From NCBI GenBank assembly GCA_965219685.1, contig CBDCOH010000002.1, positions 1,568,001 to 1,632,000 of the forward strand: a stretch of 64,000 bases of DNA, in the 5' to 3' direction. Positions within the stretch are counted from its first letter, which is position 1, and the number at the start of each line of letters is the position of its first letter. A program made the translations under genes and the position numbers. The notes beneath the pieces were generated by a model. It saw only the letters and a list, made by a program, of their open reading frames with translations, ran no database searches and was not told the DNA's origin. Below, one piece after another: positions 9,551-19,091 of the stretch. This DNA is from Candidatus Spongiisociaceae bacterium. GTDB lineage: Bacteria; Actinomycetota; Acidimicrobiia; Spongiisociales; Spongiisociaceae.

Positions 9551-10566
9551 CAAGCGAACGGCTGCGGGTTGAAGCAGCGGAGGGTGCGGTCTCCCACCTC
9601 GTCGGACAGTTCCGGATGCTCCGTCCAGCACCGATCGATGGCGTGGGGGCAGCGCGGCGCGAAGCGGCAACCCGGAGGCATGAGTTGGGGTGGAGGGACG
9701 AGTCCGGGAATCGGGTCGAGCCTCCGGCGCTTGACGCTCACCTGCGGGAGGGCCCGCAACAGACCCTGGGTGTAGGGGTGGCGGGGGTCCTCGAACAACT
9801 CGTCGACCGGGGCCTGCTCGACGATCTCACCCGCGTACATCACCGCCACGCGGTCGGCCACCGCCGCAACCACCGCCAGGTCGTGGGTGATCAGCAGCAT
9901 CGACATGTGGCGCTCGCGCTGCTCGTGCATCAGCTGGTCGAGGATCTGTGCCTGGACGGTGACATCCAGGGCGGTGGTCGGCTCGTCGGCGATGAGGATG
10001 TCGGGATCCAGCACCAGGGCGAGAGCGATCATGACCCGCTGGCGCATCCCTCCCGAGAGCTGGTGGGGATAGGAGTCGAGCTGCTTGACGGGATCCGGGA
10101 GCCCGACCTTGCTGAGGACGTCTCCTGCCATCCGGCGGGCCTCCGAGGAACTCACGTCGCGATGGGAACGGATCACCTCGCTGATCACGTTCCCCACCGT
10201 GAACACCGGATCCAGGGAGGTGAGGGGGTCCTGGAAGATCATCGAGATCGACTCCGACCGGATGGCCCGCATCCGGCTGTTCCGAAGCTCGAGCAGATCC
10301 TGACCCTTGAACAGCACCCGGCCGGCGCGTGTCCGGACCGGCGGGGTGGGCAAAAGGCGCATGATCGACAGCGCGGTGATGCTCTTTCCGCATCCGCTCT
10401 CGCCCACCAGGCACAGGATCTCGTTTGGGTAGATGTCCAGCGCCAGGTTCCGCACCACGTCGAACGACTCACCGCGGGTCGTGACCGCGGTCCGGAGCCC
10501 GCTTATCGACAGCAACGGGGCCTGCTCGCGCCCGGAAGAGCCGGCGCGGAGGTCGGTCGCGGCCAT
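9550..10566 (-). CDS. Peptide/nickel ABC transporter ATP-binding protein (OppD/DppD type)
   Basis: [41 protein letters not shown]. Confidence 0.95.
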   Translation of the reverse strand: MAATDLRAGSSGREQAPLLSISGLRTAVTTRGESFDVVRNLALDIYPNEILCLVGESGCGKSITALSIMRLLPTPPVRTRAGRVLFKGQDLLELRNSRMRAIRSESISMIFQDPLTSLDPVFTVGNVISEVIRSHRDVSSSEARRMAGDVLSKVGLPDPVKQLDSYPHQLSGGMRQRVMIALALVLDPDILIADEPTTALDVTVQAQILDQLMHEQRERHMSMLLITHDLAVVAAVADRVAVMYAGEIVEQAPVDELFEDPRHPYTQGLLRALPQVSVKRRRLDPIPGLVPPPQLMPPGCRFAPRCPHAIDRCWTEHPELSDEVGDRTLRCFNPQPFA

Positions 10567-11483
10567 CAGGTCTTCCTCAACCTGGGATTGACCACCGTGT
10601 AGCCGACGTCGGCCAACCAGTTGCTCAGCAGGACGATTGTCACCAGCACCAGGGAGAAGAACTGGGCCACCGGGTAGTCGCGGCGCAGCACGGCGTTGAC
10701 CAGCACCTGGCCGAGGCCGGGCCACCCGAATATGGTCTCCACCACCAGGGCGTAGCCAACGATCTGCCCGATCCGGAGCCCTGCCAAGGACACGATGGGC
10801 ACCAGCGCGTTGCGGAACACGTGCTTACCGATGACCCGGACCTCCGACAGGCCCCCGGCACGAAGGGTGCGGACGAAGTCCTGGTTCAGGTTCTCCAGCA
10901 TGGCCGAACGGGTCATCCGCACCGTGAGGGCCATACCCTCCATCGCTAGGACAACAGCAGGGAGAACGAGTTGCTTGGGACCGCAGCAGCCGGCTGACGG
11001 GAGCCATCCCAGCACGGACGCGAACAACCAAACGGCCAGCAGAGCCAGCCAGAAGTTCGGAACCGCCATCCCGGCCACGGAGAACGTCATGATCCCGCCG
11101 TCCCACCAGGAATTCCTCCGTAGCGAGGCGAGCAGACCCAGCGGGATGCCGAGACCGAACACCAGCACGAAGGCCGCGACTCCCAGGATGAGGCTGTTCT
11201 TGCCGTGTTCAGTGATAAGGGTGCCGATCCTGGCGTTGTTGGTGAGCGAGTTGCCCAGGTCTCCGGAGAGGATGCTCCCGACGTAATCGAAGTACTGCTG
11301 GTGGAACGGATCGTTGAGCCCGAGTTGTTCCCTCACGGCCTCCCGCTCCTCCGCCGACGCGGAAGCGGGGACCCGGGCGGCGACCGCGTCGCCCCCCGAG
11401 AGCCGGATGGCGTAGAACACCGCGATCGATGAGAGCACCAGGACTATCACCATGTAGATGGTGCGGGCCAGGACCCGTCTCAC
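10566..11483 (-). CDS. ABC permease, OppB/DppB type (copy 2)
   Basis: GDLGNS, PNFWL, EAA loop RTLRAGGLSE, ETIFGWPGLG, RDYP, NPRLR. Confidence 0.93.
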   Translation of the reverse strand: MRRVLARTIYMVIVLVLSSIAVFYAIRLSGGDAVAARVPASASAEEREAVREQLGLNDPFHQQYFDYVGSILSGDLGNSLTNNARIGTLITEHGKNSLILGVAAFVLVFGLGIPLGLLASLRRNSWWDGGIMTFSVAGMAVPNFWLALLAVWLFASVLGWLPSAGCCGPKQLVLPAVVLAMEGMALTVRMTRSAMLENLNQDFVRTLRAGGLSEVRVIGKHVFRNALVPIVSLAGLRIGQIVGYALVVETIFGWPGLGQVLVNAVLRRDYPVAQFFSLVLVTIVLLSNWLADVGYTVVNPRLRKT

Positions 11484-12421
11484 TCCTCCTCGACCCCCTT
11501 CGCCTCGTGGCGCAATCTCGGGTCGAACACGTCCCGCAGGCCGTCACCGATCAGGGACACGGCGAGAACGAGCAGGACGATGGTCAGCCCGGGGATGGTG
11601 GATCCCCAATGGTTCAGTTGCAGGAAGTTGCGGCCGTCGGAGACCATCCCGCCCAGGCTGGGGGTGGGAGGTTGCGCGCCGAGACCGATGAAGGACAGGG
11701 CCGCCTCGGCGATGACCGCCACCGCAACGTAGTAGGAGGCGAGTACCAGGGCGGGCGCCAGGATGTTCGGGAAGATGTGCTTGGCCATGATCCTCGTGGT
11801 GGACAGACCACCTGCCCGGGCCGCTTCTATGAACTCGCGTTCGCTCAGGGTCAGGACCTCGCCCCGCACGACCCTGGCAATCGCCGCGGTGTTGACCAGG
11901 CCCACCGCCAGGATCACCGGGAACAGCCCCTCCCCCAGCCCGCCGGCGAACAGGACCGCCACCAGGATCAGCGGGAATCCCCACACGAAATCGACCACGC
12001 CCCTGATAGTCCGGTCCCTCCATCCTCCGAGGTACCCGCCGATCATGCCGAGCAGGAGACCGAGGACGAGGGAGAGCAGGGTCACGCCTGCCGCCACCAT
12101 CAGGCTCACCCGGATTCCCACGAATGTGCGCACCGCAAGGTCCCGGCCCAGGTGGTCTGTACCGAGCAGGTAGCCCTCGCTACCCGGTGGCAGGTGGGTA
12201 TCGGCGAAGCTCTGGAAGGTCGGGTCGGCTCCGGAGATCATCGGCCCGAAGATGCCCGTGCCCAGGACCAGAAGGCCGAGAGCGCTTCCGAGCAGTAGAA
12301 GCTTGTTCCTGCGCATGCGATCGAGCGCGGCGCGGGCCGGGCCGACCCGCCGACTCTCCTCGTAGTCGGCGAGACGCAGTTCCCACGCTTCGAGATGGGA
12401 GCTTGTCCGTTCAGCCACCAT
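11480..12421 (-). CDS. ABC permease, OppC/DppC type
   Basis: LLGTDHLGRD, EFIEAARAGG, EAALSFIGLG, GDGLRDVFDP. Confidence 0.93.
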   Translation of the reverse strand: MVAERTSSHLEAWELRLADYEESRRVGPARAALDRMRRNKLLLLGSALGLLVLGTGIFGPMISGADPTFQSFADTHLPPGSEGYLLGTDHLGRDLAVRTFVGIRVSLMVAAGVTLLSLVLGLLLGMIGGYLGGWRDRTIRGVVDFVWGFPLILVAVLFAGGLGEGLFPVILAVGLVNTAAIARVVRGEVLTLSEREFIEAARAGGLSTTRIMAKHIFPNILAPALVLASYYVAVAVIAEAALSFIGLGAQPPTPSLGGMVSDGRNFLQLNHWGSTIPGLTIVLLVLAVSLIGDGLRDVFDPRLRHEAKGVEEE

Positions 12422-12443
12422 CAGTCCTCCAACTCCGCAGGCA

Positions 12444-13379
12444 TCATACGCCCCTGGGCCGAGCCGAGCGAAGGCGAGGGTTGGCAGCCAGGTAGCCCAA
12501 GTCCGCCAGCCAGTTGCCCAGCACCACGAGGGCCACGAGCACCAGGGAGAAGAATTGCGCCACCGGGTAGTCGCGCCGCAGCACCGCGTTGACCAGCACT
12601 TGGCCCAGTCCCGGCCACCCGAACACCGTCTCGACCACCAGCGCGTAACCCACGATCTGCCCGATCCGGAGTCCGGCCAGCGATACGATGGGTATCAACG
12701 CGTTGCGGAGGACGTGGCGTCCGATCACCCTGAACTCCGATAGCCCGCCGGCGCGGAGCGTCCTCACGAAATCCCGTCCGAGGTTCTCGAGCATCGCCGA
12801 GCGGGTCATGCGCACCGTCAGGGCGAGACCCTCCATCGCCAGAACCACCGCCGGCATCACCAGGTGCCGGGGACCGCAGCAGCCGGCGGTCGGCAGCCAG
12901 TGGAGGGTCGACGCGAACAGCCACACGGCCAGCAGAGCCAGCCAGAAGTTGGGCACGGCCATACCCCCGACCGAGAAGGTCATGATCGATGCGTCGACCA
13001 GGCTGTTGCGTCGCAGTGAAGCCAGGATGCCGAGCGGCACCCCCACCGCGAACACGATGAAGAAGGCCGCCGCGCCCAGTATCAGGCTGTGGCGGCCATG
13101 GATCACCAGCATGTCCACGATGGGCGAGTTGTTGGTGAGCGAGTTGCCAAGATCGCCCCGCAGCAGCCTTCCCATGTAGGCGAAGTACTGCTCGTGGATG
13201 GGCAGATTCAGCCCCCAGAGCTCGCGCAACTGCTCGCGCGCCTCGAGAGACGCAGTGCCAGGCTGGATCACCGCCGCCACCGCATCGCCGCCCGAGAGGC
13301 GGATGGCGTAGAAGACGGCCACGGACGACACCAGCACGATCAGCACCATGTAGGCGGTACGGATCGCAACTACCTTCAT
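12444..13379 (-). CDS. ABC permease, OppB/DppB type (copy 1)
   Basis: Same motifs as 10566..11483, with long blocks identical between the two. Confidence 0.93.
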   Translation of the reverse strand: MKVVAIRTAYMVLIVLVSSVAVFYAIRLSGGDAVAAVIQPGTASLEAREQLRELWGLNLPIHEQYFAYMGRLLRGDLGNSLTNNSPIVDMLVIHGRHSLILGAAAFFIVFAVGVPLGILASLRRNSLVDASIMTFSVGGMAVPNFWLALLAVWLFASTLHWLPTAGCCGPRHLVMPAVVLAMEGLALTVRMTRSAMLENLGRDFVRTLRAGGLSEFRVIGRHVLRNALIPIVSLAGLRIGQIVGYALVVETVFGWPGLGQVLVNAVLRRDYPVAQFFSLVLVALVVLGNWLADLGYLAANPRLRSARPRGV

Positions 13380-13397
13380 CGACCACCTTCCTGAAAC

Positions 13398-13430
13398 GAG
13401 TGGGGGCCGCGCCCTGCACGGCCCCCACTC
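13398..13430 (-). terminator. 12-bp stem-loop after the substrate-binding gene (mRNA-stabilising or attenuating hairpin)
   Basis: GAGTGGGGGCCG-N9-CGGCCCCCACTC perfect inverted repeat between SBP and permease. Confidence 0.65.
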
Positions 13431-13465
13431 CGGTTCGGTACTTCAGTCGCCCGTGACGCCGACCT

Positions 13466-15307
13466 CTAGGCCTCGATCCACGTGTCGTTGTAGTACGGGT
13501 ACAGGTTCCACACGAACGGCTGCCATCCGTGCACCTTGTTGTTGTGCACGAACGTCGCGTTCTGGTTCATGATCGGTATGAACGGGAGTTCCTCCGCCCA
13601 CGCCAACTGGAACTGCGAGGCGGCCGCCTGTGCCTGTGTCTCGTTGGCCGAGGTCTGCCAGCTGGCGATGGCGTCGTCGACCCTCGGCTCGACCGCATGC
13701 GAGAAGTTGGGCACCGGGATGAACTGCGACCCGCCGAAGAGGATCAACACGTCCAGCGGGATCGGCCACAACCAGAAGAAGAGCGACATCTCGACCGCGT
13801 CACGGCCGGGACCGCTCTGCTGCTCGAAGGCCAGGGCCCGGTCGACCACGTCGAGGTTCGCCTGGACCCCGACGTTGGCGAACTGGGCCTGCACGGCTTC
13901 GGCCACCGACTTCTGCACCGTCTCGTCCTCCACCAGGTAGCGGAACTCGAAGCGGACACCGTCCCTCTCGCGGACTCCGTCACCTCCCCGGACCCATCCG
14001 GCCCGGTCGAGCTTCTGGTTGGCCAGATCGATGTCGAACTGGTTGAACTGCTCCACCGCCGGTTCGTAGTTCCGGTCCGTGGTCGGGAACGGTCCGTACG
14101 TGGGGGCGCCGTTGCCGAACAGGATGGCCTGCACCATGCCCTCCCGGTCGAGGGCGTGGGAAAGGCCCTGACGGGTGAGCCTGTCACCGAAGTACTCCGC
14201 ATAGTCGCGGTTCATGGCCAGGTGGTAGCCCGACCACTCGGGGTGCCTGATGACCGTCAGGTCCGAGTTGGACTCGAGCCGGCCGATGTCCTGGTGAGCG
14301 GGATTGATCAGCGTGTCGATGTCACCGTTCTCCAGCTGGGTGGCCCGCTGGCCGGCCTCGGTGATAACGGTCCAGCGGATCGCATCGAGGTAGGCCGTGC
14401 CCTTGTTCTCGAAGAAGGGAGTCAGCGATCCCGGATAGGCGTCCCACCGCTTGACCAGCACGTGGCTTCCGGGCACCCACTCCTCATGGGTGAAGGGACC
14501 GGTGCCGTCGACCAGTTCGGTTCCGTAGGTCGATCCGGCGTTCAGAGACCCGTCCTCGTTGACCGAGTGCTCCTTCCACGTGTTGATGTTCACGATCCGC
14601 CAGTATCCGGTCTTGTGAGGCCCCAGAGCTCCCACCCAGGGGTTCTTCATCTTCATGACAACGTCGGAGCCATCCGCTTCGTAGGTGTCCACAGGGGCGG
14701 CGAGGCCCGCGATGAAGCTGTACTGCTGGATCGACCGGTAGAACTCGGCGACCATCTCCGCGTTGATGGTCCCGCCGGAGTGCGAGAGCTTGCCATCCGG
14801 AATCGTGAACCGGTACTCGAGCCCGTCGTCCGAGCCGGAGAAGTCGGAGGCGAACTGCGGCACCGTGGCGCCGCTCGGGTCGTTCGACAGGATCGCCTCG
14901 TAAATGGCGAAGAACGCCGGGTCGTACCAGTTCGTGGTGAGGGGATCGTGCTTGGAGACGTCGCGGTTGTAGCCCTCCCGCAACGTGCCGCCCACCACCG
15001 GCCCCATCATCTCGGGTTCGGTGGTCTCGGTCTCCTCCATCGCCTGGGTGGTGGCGGGGGCTTCCTCGGTGTCGGCCATGGCGGCTGTGGTAGTGGTTGC
15101 GGCGGCTGCCTGCGTGGTCGCCGGAGCAGCCTCGGGTTCCTCGTCGTCACCGCAGGCGGCCAGGATCGAGGCTGCCGCTGCTACACCGATGCCGGCCGCT
15201 CCCAGGCGTTTCATGAACTGGCGCCGGCCGATCTCCTTGGTCTTGTATTGTTTCGTGAGCTCGGTAACCTCGGACCCGAACTCGGACTCCGTCCATGAGT
15301 TACCCAT
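13466..15307 (-). CDS. ABC substrate-binding lipoprotein, family 5, with Tat signal
   Basis: GRRQFMK twin-arginine motif, LAAC lipobox, Thr/Ala linker, GTGPF...WVPG, RQGLSHALDR, AEELPFIP. Confidence 0.92.
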   Translation of the reverse strand: MGNSWTESEFGSEVTELTKQYKTKEIGRRQFMKRLGAAGIGVAAAASILAACGDDEEPEAAPATTQAAAATTTTAAMADTEEAPATTQAMEETETTEPEMMGPVVGGTLREGYNRDVSKHDPLTTNWYDPAFFAIYEAILSNDPSGATVPQFASDFSGSDDGLEYRFTIPDGKLSHSGGTINAEMVAEFYRSIQQYSFIAGLAAPVDTYEADGSDVVMKMKNPWVGALGPHKTGYWRIVNINTWKEHSVNEDGSLNAGSTYGTELVDGTGPFTHEEWVPGSHVLVKRWDAYPGSLTPFFENKGTAYLDAIRWTVITEAGQRATQLENGDIDTLINPAHQDIGRLESNSDLTVIRHPEWSGYHLAMNRDYAEYFGDRLTRQGLSHALDREGMVQAILFGNGAPTYGPFPTTDRNYEPAVEQFNQFDIDLANQKLDRAGWVRGGDGVRERDGVRFEFRYLVEDETVQKSVAEAVQAQFANVGVQANLDVVDRALAFEQQSGPGRDAVEMSLFFWLWPIPLDVLILFGGSQFIPVPNFSHAVEPRVDDAIASWQTSANETQAQAAASQFQLAWAEELPFIPIMNQNATFVHNNKVHGWQPFVWNLYPYYNDTWIEA

Positions 15308-15403
15308 ACGCGTGTCCTCCTTCGATCGCGCCGGTTTGTGCCTGACCGAGTATCTTATCCTGTCGCTTGTCCGCGGGCCATAGAAAACACAAGGAGGGTG
15401 GAG

Positions 15404-16369
15404 ATGACCGACACGGAACGGATGCTCGTCACCGGCTCAGCCGGATGTATCGGTGCCTGGGCGGTTCACGAATTGGTCCGCGAAGGGACACCCGTAGTCG
15501 CCTTCGATGTCACCGGCGACCAGCACCGGCTGCGCCTGGTGCTCGACGATGAGCAACTCGAATCGGTCGTTTTCCGCAGGGGAGACATAAGGGACGGGGC
15601 CGCGGTCCGGAAAGTGGTCCAGGAGGAGCGGATCACCCACGTCGTCCACCTGGCGGGGTTGCAGGTCCCGTTCTGTGCGGCCGACCCGGTCAACGGCTCC
15701 CTGGTCAACGTCACCGGAACGTTGAACGTGTTGGAGGCGAAGCGCCGCTCGGACGGGCAGGTCCGCGGGCTCACCTACGCCAGTTCCATCGGTGTGTTCG
15801 GCCCGGCCCCGATGTACGAGGGCGGCAAGGTACACGATGACTCGCCGACCGCACCCGCCACCCTGTACGGCGCCTACAAGCAGGCCAACGAGTGGACCGC
15901 GCGTATCTACGCGGCCGACTGGGGAGTGGGATCGGTGGGACTCCGCCCCTCGGTCATCTACGGTCTCGGGCGAGATCAGGGTCTCACGTCGGGCGCCACC
16001 AAGGTGATGCTGGCCGCTGCGGCCGACCAATCCGGTCACATCGGCTACGGCGGAACGGTGACCTACCAGCACGCCCAGGACATGGCCGCCATCTTCATCG
16101 CCTCGGCGCGACTCGAGGCCGACACCGCGCTCGTCCACAACGTCGGGGGTCCCGTGGCCGACATCACCGAGGTCGCCGCGCTGATCGACGCCACCACCCC
16201 GGGTATCGAGACCACCTACGACTCCGATCCATTCCCCCTGCCATCGATCATCGACGGCGCCGGCCTGGATAGGATCATCGACTACCGGCAGCGTTCTCTC
16301 GAAGATGGCATTGCCGGAACCGTCGACGGCTTCCGCCGGCTGCTCTCGTCCGGGCGAATCAGCTCCTGA
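15404..16369 (+). CDS. NAD-dependent epimerase/dehydratase (extended SDR)
   Basis: LVTGSAGCIG, HLAG, YASS, YGAYK. AAGGAGG RBS. Confidence 0.9.
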   Translation: MTDTERMLVTGSAGCIGAWAVHELVREGTPVVAFDVTGDQHRLRLVLDDEQLESVVFRRGDIRDGAAVRKVVQEERITHVVHLAGLQVPFCAADPVNGSLVNVTGTLNVLEAKRRSDGQVRGLTYASSIGVFGPAPMYEGGKVHDDSPTAPATLYGAYKQANEWTARIYAADWGVGSVGLRPSVIYGLGRDQGLTSGATKVMLAAAADQSGHIGYGGTVTYQHAQDMAAIFIASARLEADTALVHNVGGPVADITEVAALIDATTPGIETTYDSDPFPLPSIIDGAGLDRIIDYRQRSLEDGIAGTVDGFRRLLSSGRISS

Positions 16370-16522
16370 CGGCCACCGATCACCTGGCCACGTGGACCAG
16401 GAAAATGCACAGCCTCACAAGAGCGTCAAGCAACTCCACCTGAGCGACCGACGGCCGATCCGCTCACTCTGGCATATCTTGCATCGGCATTGTGATGGCA
16501 TCGACACGGGAAGGGCTGCCAC

Positions 16523-16783
16523 GTGAAGGCGCGAACCATGGTGTATCTGGAGGAGGAACAGCTGGAGATCCTGCGTAGAGAAGCGAAGGATCAACGTATT
16601 TCTCTCGCGGAACTGATCCGGCGCGCTCTCCAGATCTACATCGATGGGCAGCAGGCACCCCGCCATGTCAAGCCGGAAACCTGGCTGAAGATCGTGGGCC
16701 TAGGAGCCGGCGACAGCCCCGATGTTGCCGAACAGCACGACATCTATTTGGCGAAGGTGCTGGAACGTGACCATATTGGTTGA
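16523..16783 (+). CDS. Ribbon-helix-helix (CopG-type) protein, probable VapB-like antitoxin
   Basis: RTMVYLEEEQLEILRREA...SLAELIRRAL RHH pattern. C-terminal DVAEQHDIYL is typical of these antitoxins. Confidence 0.82.
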   Translation: MKARTMVYLEEEQLEILRREAKDQRISLAELIRRALQIYIDGQQAPRHVKPETWLKIVGLGAGDSPDVAEQHDIYLAKVLERDHIG

Positions 16784-16900
16784 TACTGGGGCCCGGTAGG
16801 AGCCGGCTGTTCCAAGATCCGGAGCGTTCGCCGACATCACCGCAAGGCCGCGACCTGCCGCTCGGCAAAACTCACGAGGCGAGGTCGACATCGATATGGC
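16767..16900 (+). pseudogene. Remnant of a PIN-domain (VapC-like) toxin gene
   Basis: GTG ACC ATA TTG GTT GAT ACT GGG GCC CGG TAG = MTILVDTGAR*, overlapping the antitoxin end. RHHRKAA follows in a shifted frame. Confidence 0.6.
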
Positions 16901-17240
16901 GTAGGTACGTGTACGGCCTTGCTACCGGCGTCAAGTTAGCTCGACGGCTTCTCGTGCCGGCCGCAGCATCACCGACCGGCTGCGGCTGAACGGGCGGCGC
17001 CGCTACCGTCCCAGCCGGGAGAGGCTCATCGTGGTCCGCCCGAGGTGCGGATCAGGAGAGACCTTCTTTTCGTTGCACATGGGTCTAGACGCGGCGGCTC
17101 CGGACCTGTAACAAATGGGGAGACCGGATGAGACGCATCCCATGGCGAGGGAATGCCGGGGCGGGGCATCGCAGGGCCGGAATGGGAGACCAGCCGGGAC
17201 CATCAGTGGATGCGATCGACCAGTCGGGGAGGGCACGAAG

Positions 17241-18026
17241 ATGAACCATGCCGACGTACGGACCGACCGGCTCGTCGGGATAGACGGGAGAGGGGCCCGA
17301 GTGACCGATCGAGACTCCATCACGCATGGGGGCACCACCATCAACTACGAGATCCGCCGCAGCAAGCGCCGCAAGAAGACCATCGAGGTCAGGGTGAGCC
17401 GCGACGGCGTCTGCGTCTACGCGCCGTGGGCCATCTCAGACTCCGAAGTTCGGGCGTTCGTTCGCGATCGCGGCTCGTGGATCCTGAGCCACCTGGCGAG
17501 GCTGAGCGAGATCGAACCGATCCGATTCGCCGATGGAGAGACCCTGGCCTATCTGGGCCGCGAGATCCCCATGGTCTTCGAGACTGCGGAGGTGAGCGCC
17601 CCGGAGGTCGACCTGGAGGACGGAGTCTTCAAGGTGACCGAACCGGTCGGAGTCGGCGGGGAGGAACGGGTGGAGATGATCGGCCAAGCATTCCTCAAGT
17701 GGTACCACTACCGCGCTGGCGAACACCTGGTTGAAACCGTCGACCGCTGGTGGCCAGTGGCCGGGCACGGGCCCAAGTCACTGGTGCTGATCCGGAACCA
17801 GCGTAAGCGCTGGGGTAGCTGCGGAGTGGACGGAACCCTTCGCTTCAACTGGCGGGTCATGATGCTCGAGCCCGACCTCATCGACTACGTGGTGGTACAC
17901 GAACTGGCCCATCTGCAGGTGAGGAATCACTCCCCCGACTTCTGGAACCTCGTGCAGAGCTTCCTGCCGGATGTCCCGCAGCGACGCAAGCGGCTCCGGC
18001 AGAAGGCCATCGGGATGCAACTCTGA
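17241..18026 (+). CDS. YgjP/DUF45 (M48/SprT-like) Zn-metallopeptidase-fold protein
   Basis: IRRSKRRKKTI, QRKRWGSC, YVVVHELAHL...NHSPDFW. Start uncertain (17241 or 17301). Confidence 0.88.
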   Translation: MNHADVRTDRLVGIDGRGARVTDRDSITHGGTTINYEIRRSKRRKKTIEVRVSRDGVCVYAPWAISDSEVRAFVRDRGSWILSHLARLSEIEPIRFADGETLAYLGREIPMVFETAEVSAPEVDLEDGVFKVTEPVGVGGEERVEMIGQAFLKWYHYRAGEHLVETVDRWWPVAGHGPKSLVLIRNQRKRWGSCGVDGTLRFNWRVMMLEPDLIDYVVVHELAHLQVRNHSPDFWNLVQSFLPDVPQRRKRLRQKAIGMQL

Positions 18027-18094
18027 CCCTACGCTCCGGATGGCTCCTCCCCACCCCCGGGTCCGCCGTGGACGATCCCCGGTAGGCGGACCGC

Positions 18095-18904
18095 TCAGCC
18101 GTCCACCCGCAGCCGGTCCGACGGGTATCCGGCCTTGAAGTCGTCGACCGCTGCGCGCGACCAGTCCCGGCCGAGAGGAAGAGCCAGTGAGATCAGCGGG
18201 CCTTCCTCGCACGGGCGGCCTCTCTTGACCAGCAAAGTGGTCCTACCCGCTGTGTGGCGCAGTACGTAGCTGTACACCGTCGTGTACAGCGAGTGGTTGC
18301 ACACTCCTGTGTCCCCCTGGTCATGACTGCGGAGGAGGCCGAGGACATCGTCGATGGACGCGGCGCGGTCGAGACGCTTCTGGGCAGAGGCCATCCGGTC
18401 CTCCGTGGTCACCGTGTCGTCGTTGCGGGGGTGGATGCCCAACTCGGTGTGGTGGTTGGCGCGGGCGGTGGCGCGGCTAAGGGGCAGCACCGCCGTCCTC
18501 CGGCTGCGGACCTCCACCGCCGCCTGGCTTTCGCCGTCGATCATCAGCAGGTTCCCCCAGAGGTACGGACGGGCCGCCACAGCCCGGTGCACGGCATCCA
18601 CAGCAGAGCCCACGTCCTTCCCTTCCCGCAGGGCGATCTCCACCAGGTCGTCGTAGTTGGCGTGCTCGGGCAGCGTCCGAACGTTGGAGTCGCAGACGAG
18701 GAGACCCGACGAGTTGGCGCCGACCGAGAACCCCGAGAACACGTCCGCATCCGGATCGTCCCCGGCCCAGGTGACGATCCCCTCGACGCCGAACACCTTC
18801 TCCTCGATGACGATCCGGTCGTCGAAGCTAGCCCGGCCGAAGTCCTTGTTCTTGAACAGCAGGTACTCGTCCGTCCCCGGCCTGAGAAACCCGGTCGTGC
18901 ACAT
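18095..18904 (-). CDS. Ntn-hydrolase with N-terminal Cys (C45/acyltransferase-like)
   Basis: MCTT N-terminus, FKNKD, GANSSGL, ANHH, VCNH, GRPCE. Confidence 0.75.
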   Translation of the reverse strand: MCTTGFLRPGTDEYLLFKNKDFGRASFDDRIVIEEKVFGVEGIVTWAGDDPDADVFSGFSVGANSSGLLVCDSNVRTLPEHANYDDLVEIALREGKDVGSAVDAVHRAVAARPYLWGNLLMIDGESQAAVEVRSRRTAVLPLSRATARANHHTELGIHPRNDDTVTTEDRMASAQKRLDRAASIDDVLGLLRSHDQGDTGVCNHSLYTTVYSYVLRHTAGRTTLLVKRGRPCEEGPLISLALPLGRDWSRAAVDDFKAGYPSDRLRVDG

Positions 18905-18938
18905 CGCCGCCTCCCGTGTCGAGTTGCCGCGCGCGACT

Positions 18939-18973
18939 CTAGGTAGTGAGTTCCTAGCTGTTGGCTGTTAGGT
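18939..18973. repeat. Short degenerate heptamer tract
   Basis: TAGGTAG TGAGTTC CTAGCTG TTGGCTG TTAGGTA, resembling the 23091 tract. Confidence 0.35.
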
Positions 18974-19091
18974 ATGGATCGATGGCGAGCGTTAGATTGG
19001 ATACTTTTCCGGTCTCGGTGTGCTGTTCACCGGCTTCACTTTCCAAACCCGAGCCCAGAAGGCGAAGCCGGGTCCGGTAAAGTTCCGGGAC

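Noticed and set aside
16780-16989. 69-aa ORF after the RHH gene as an intact toxin
   Set aside because: No motifs; the PIN-like signal is in a different, interrupted frame
17241-18026. YgjP-like gene as part of a type I restriction-modification locus
   Set aside because: No hsdRMS genes nearby
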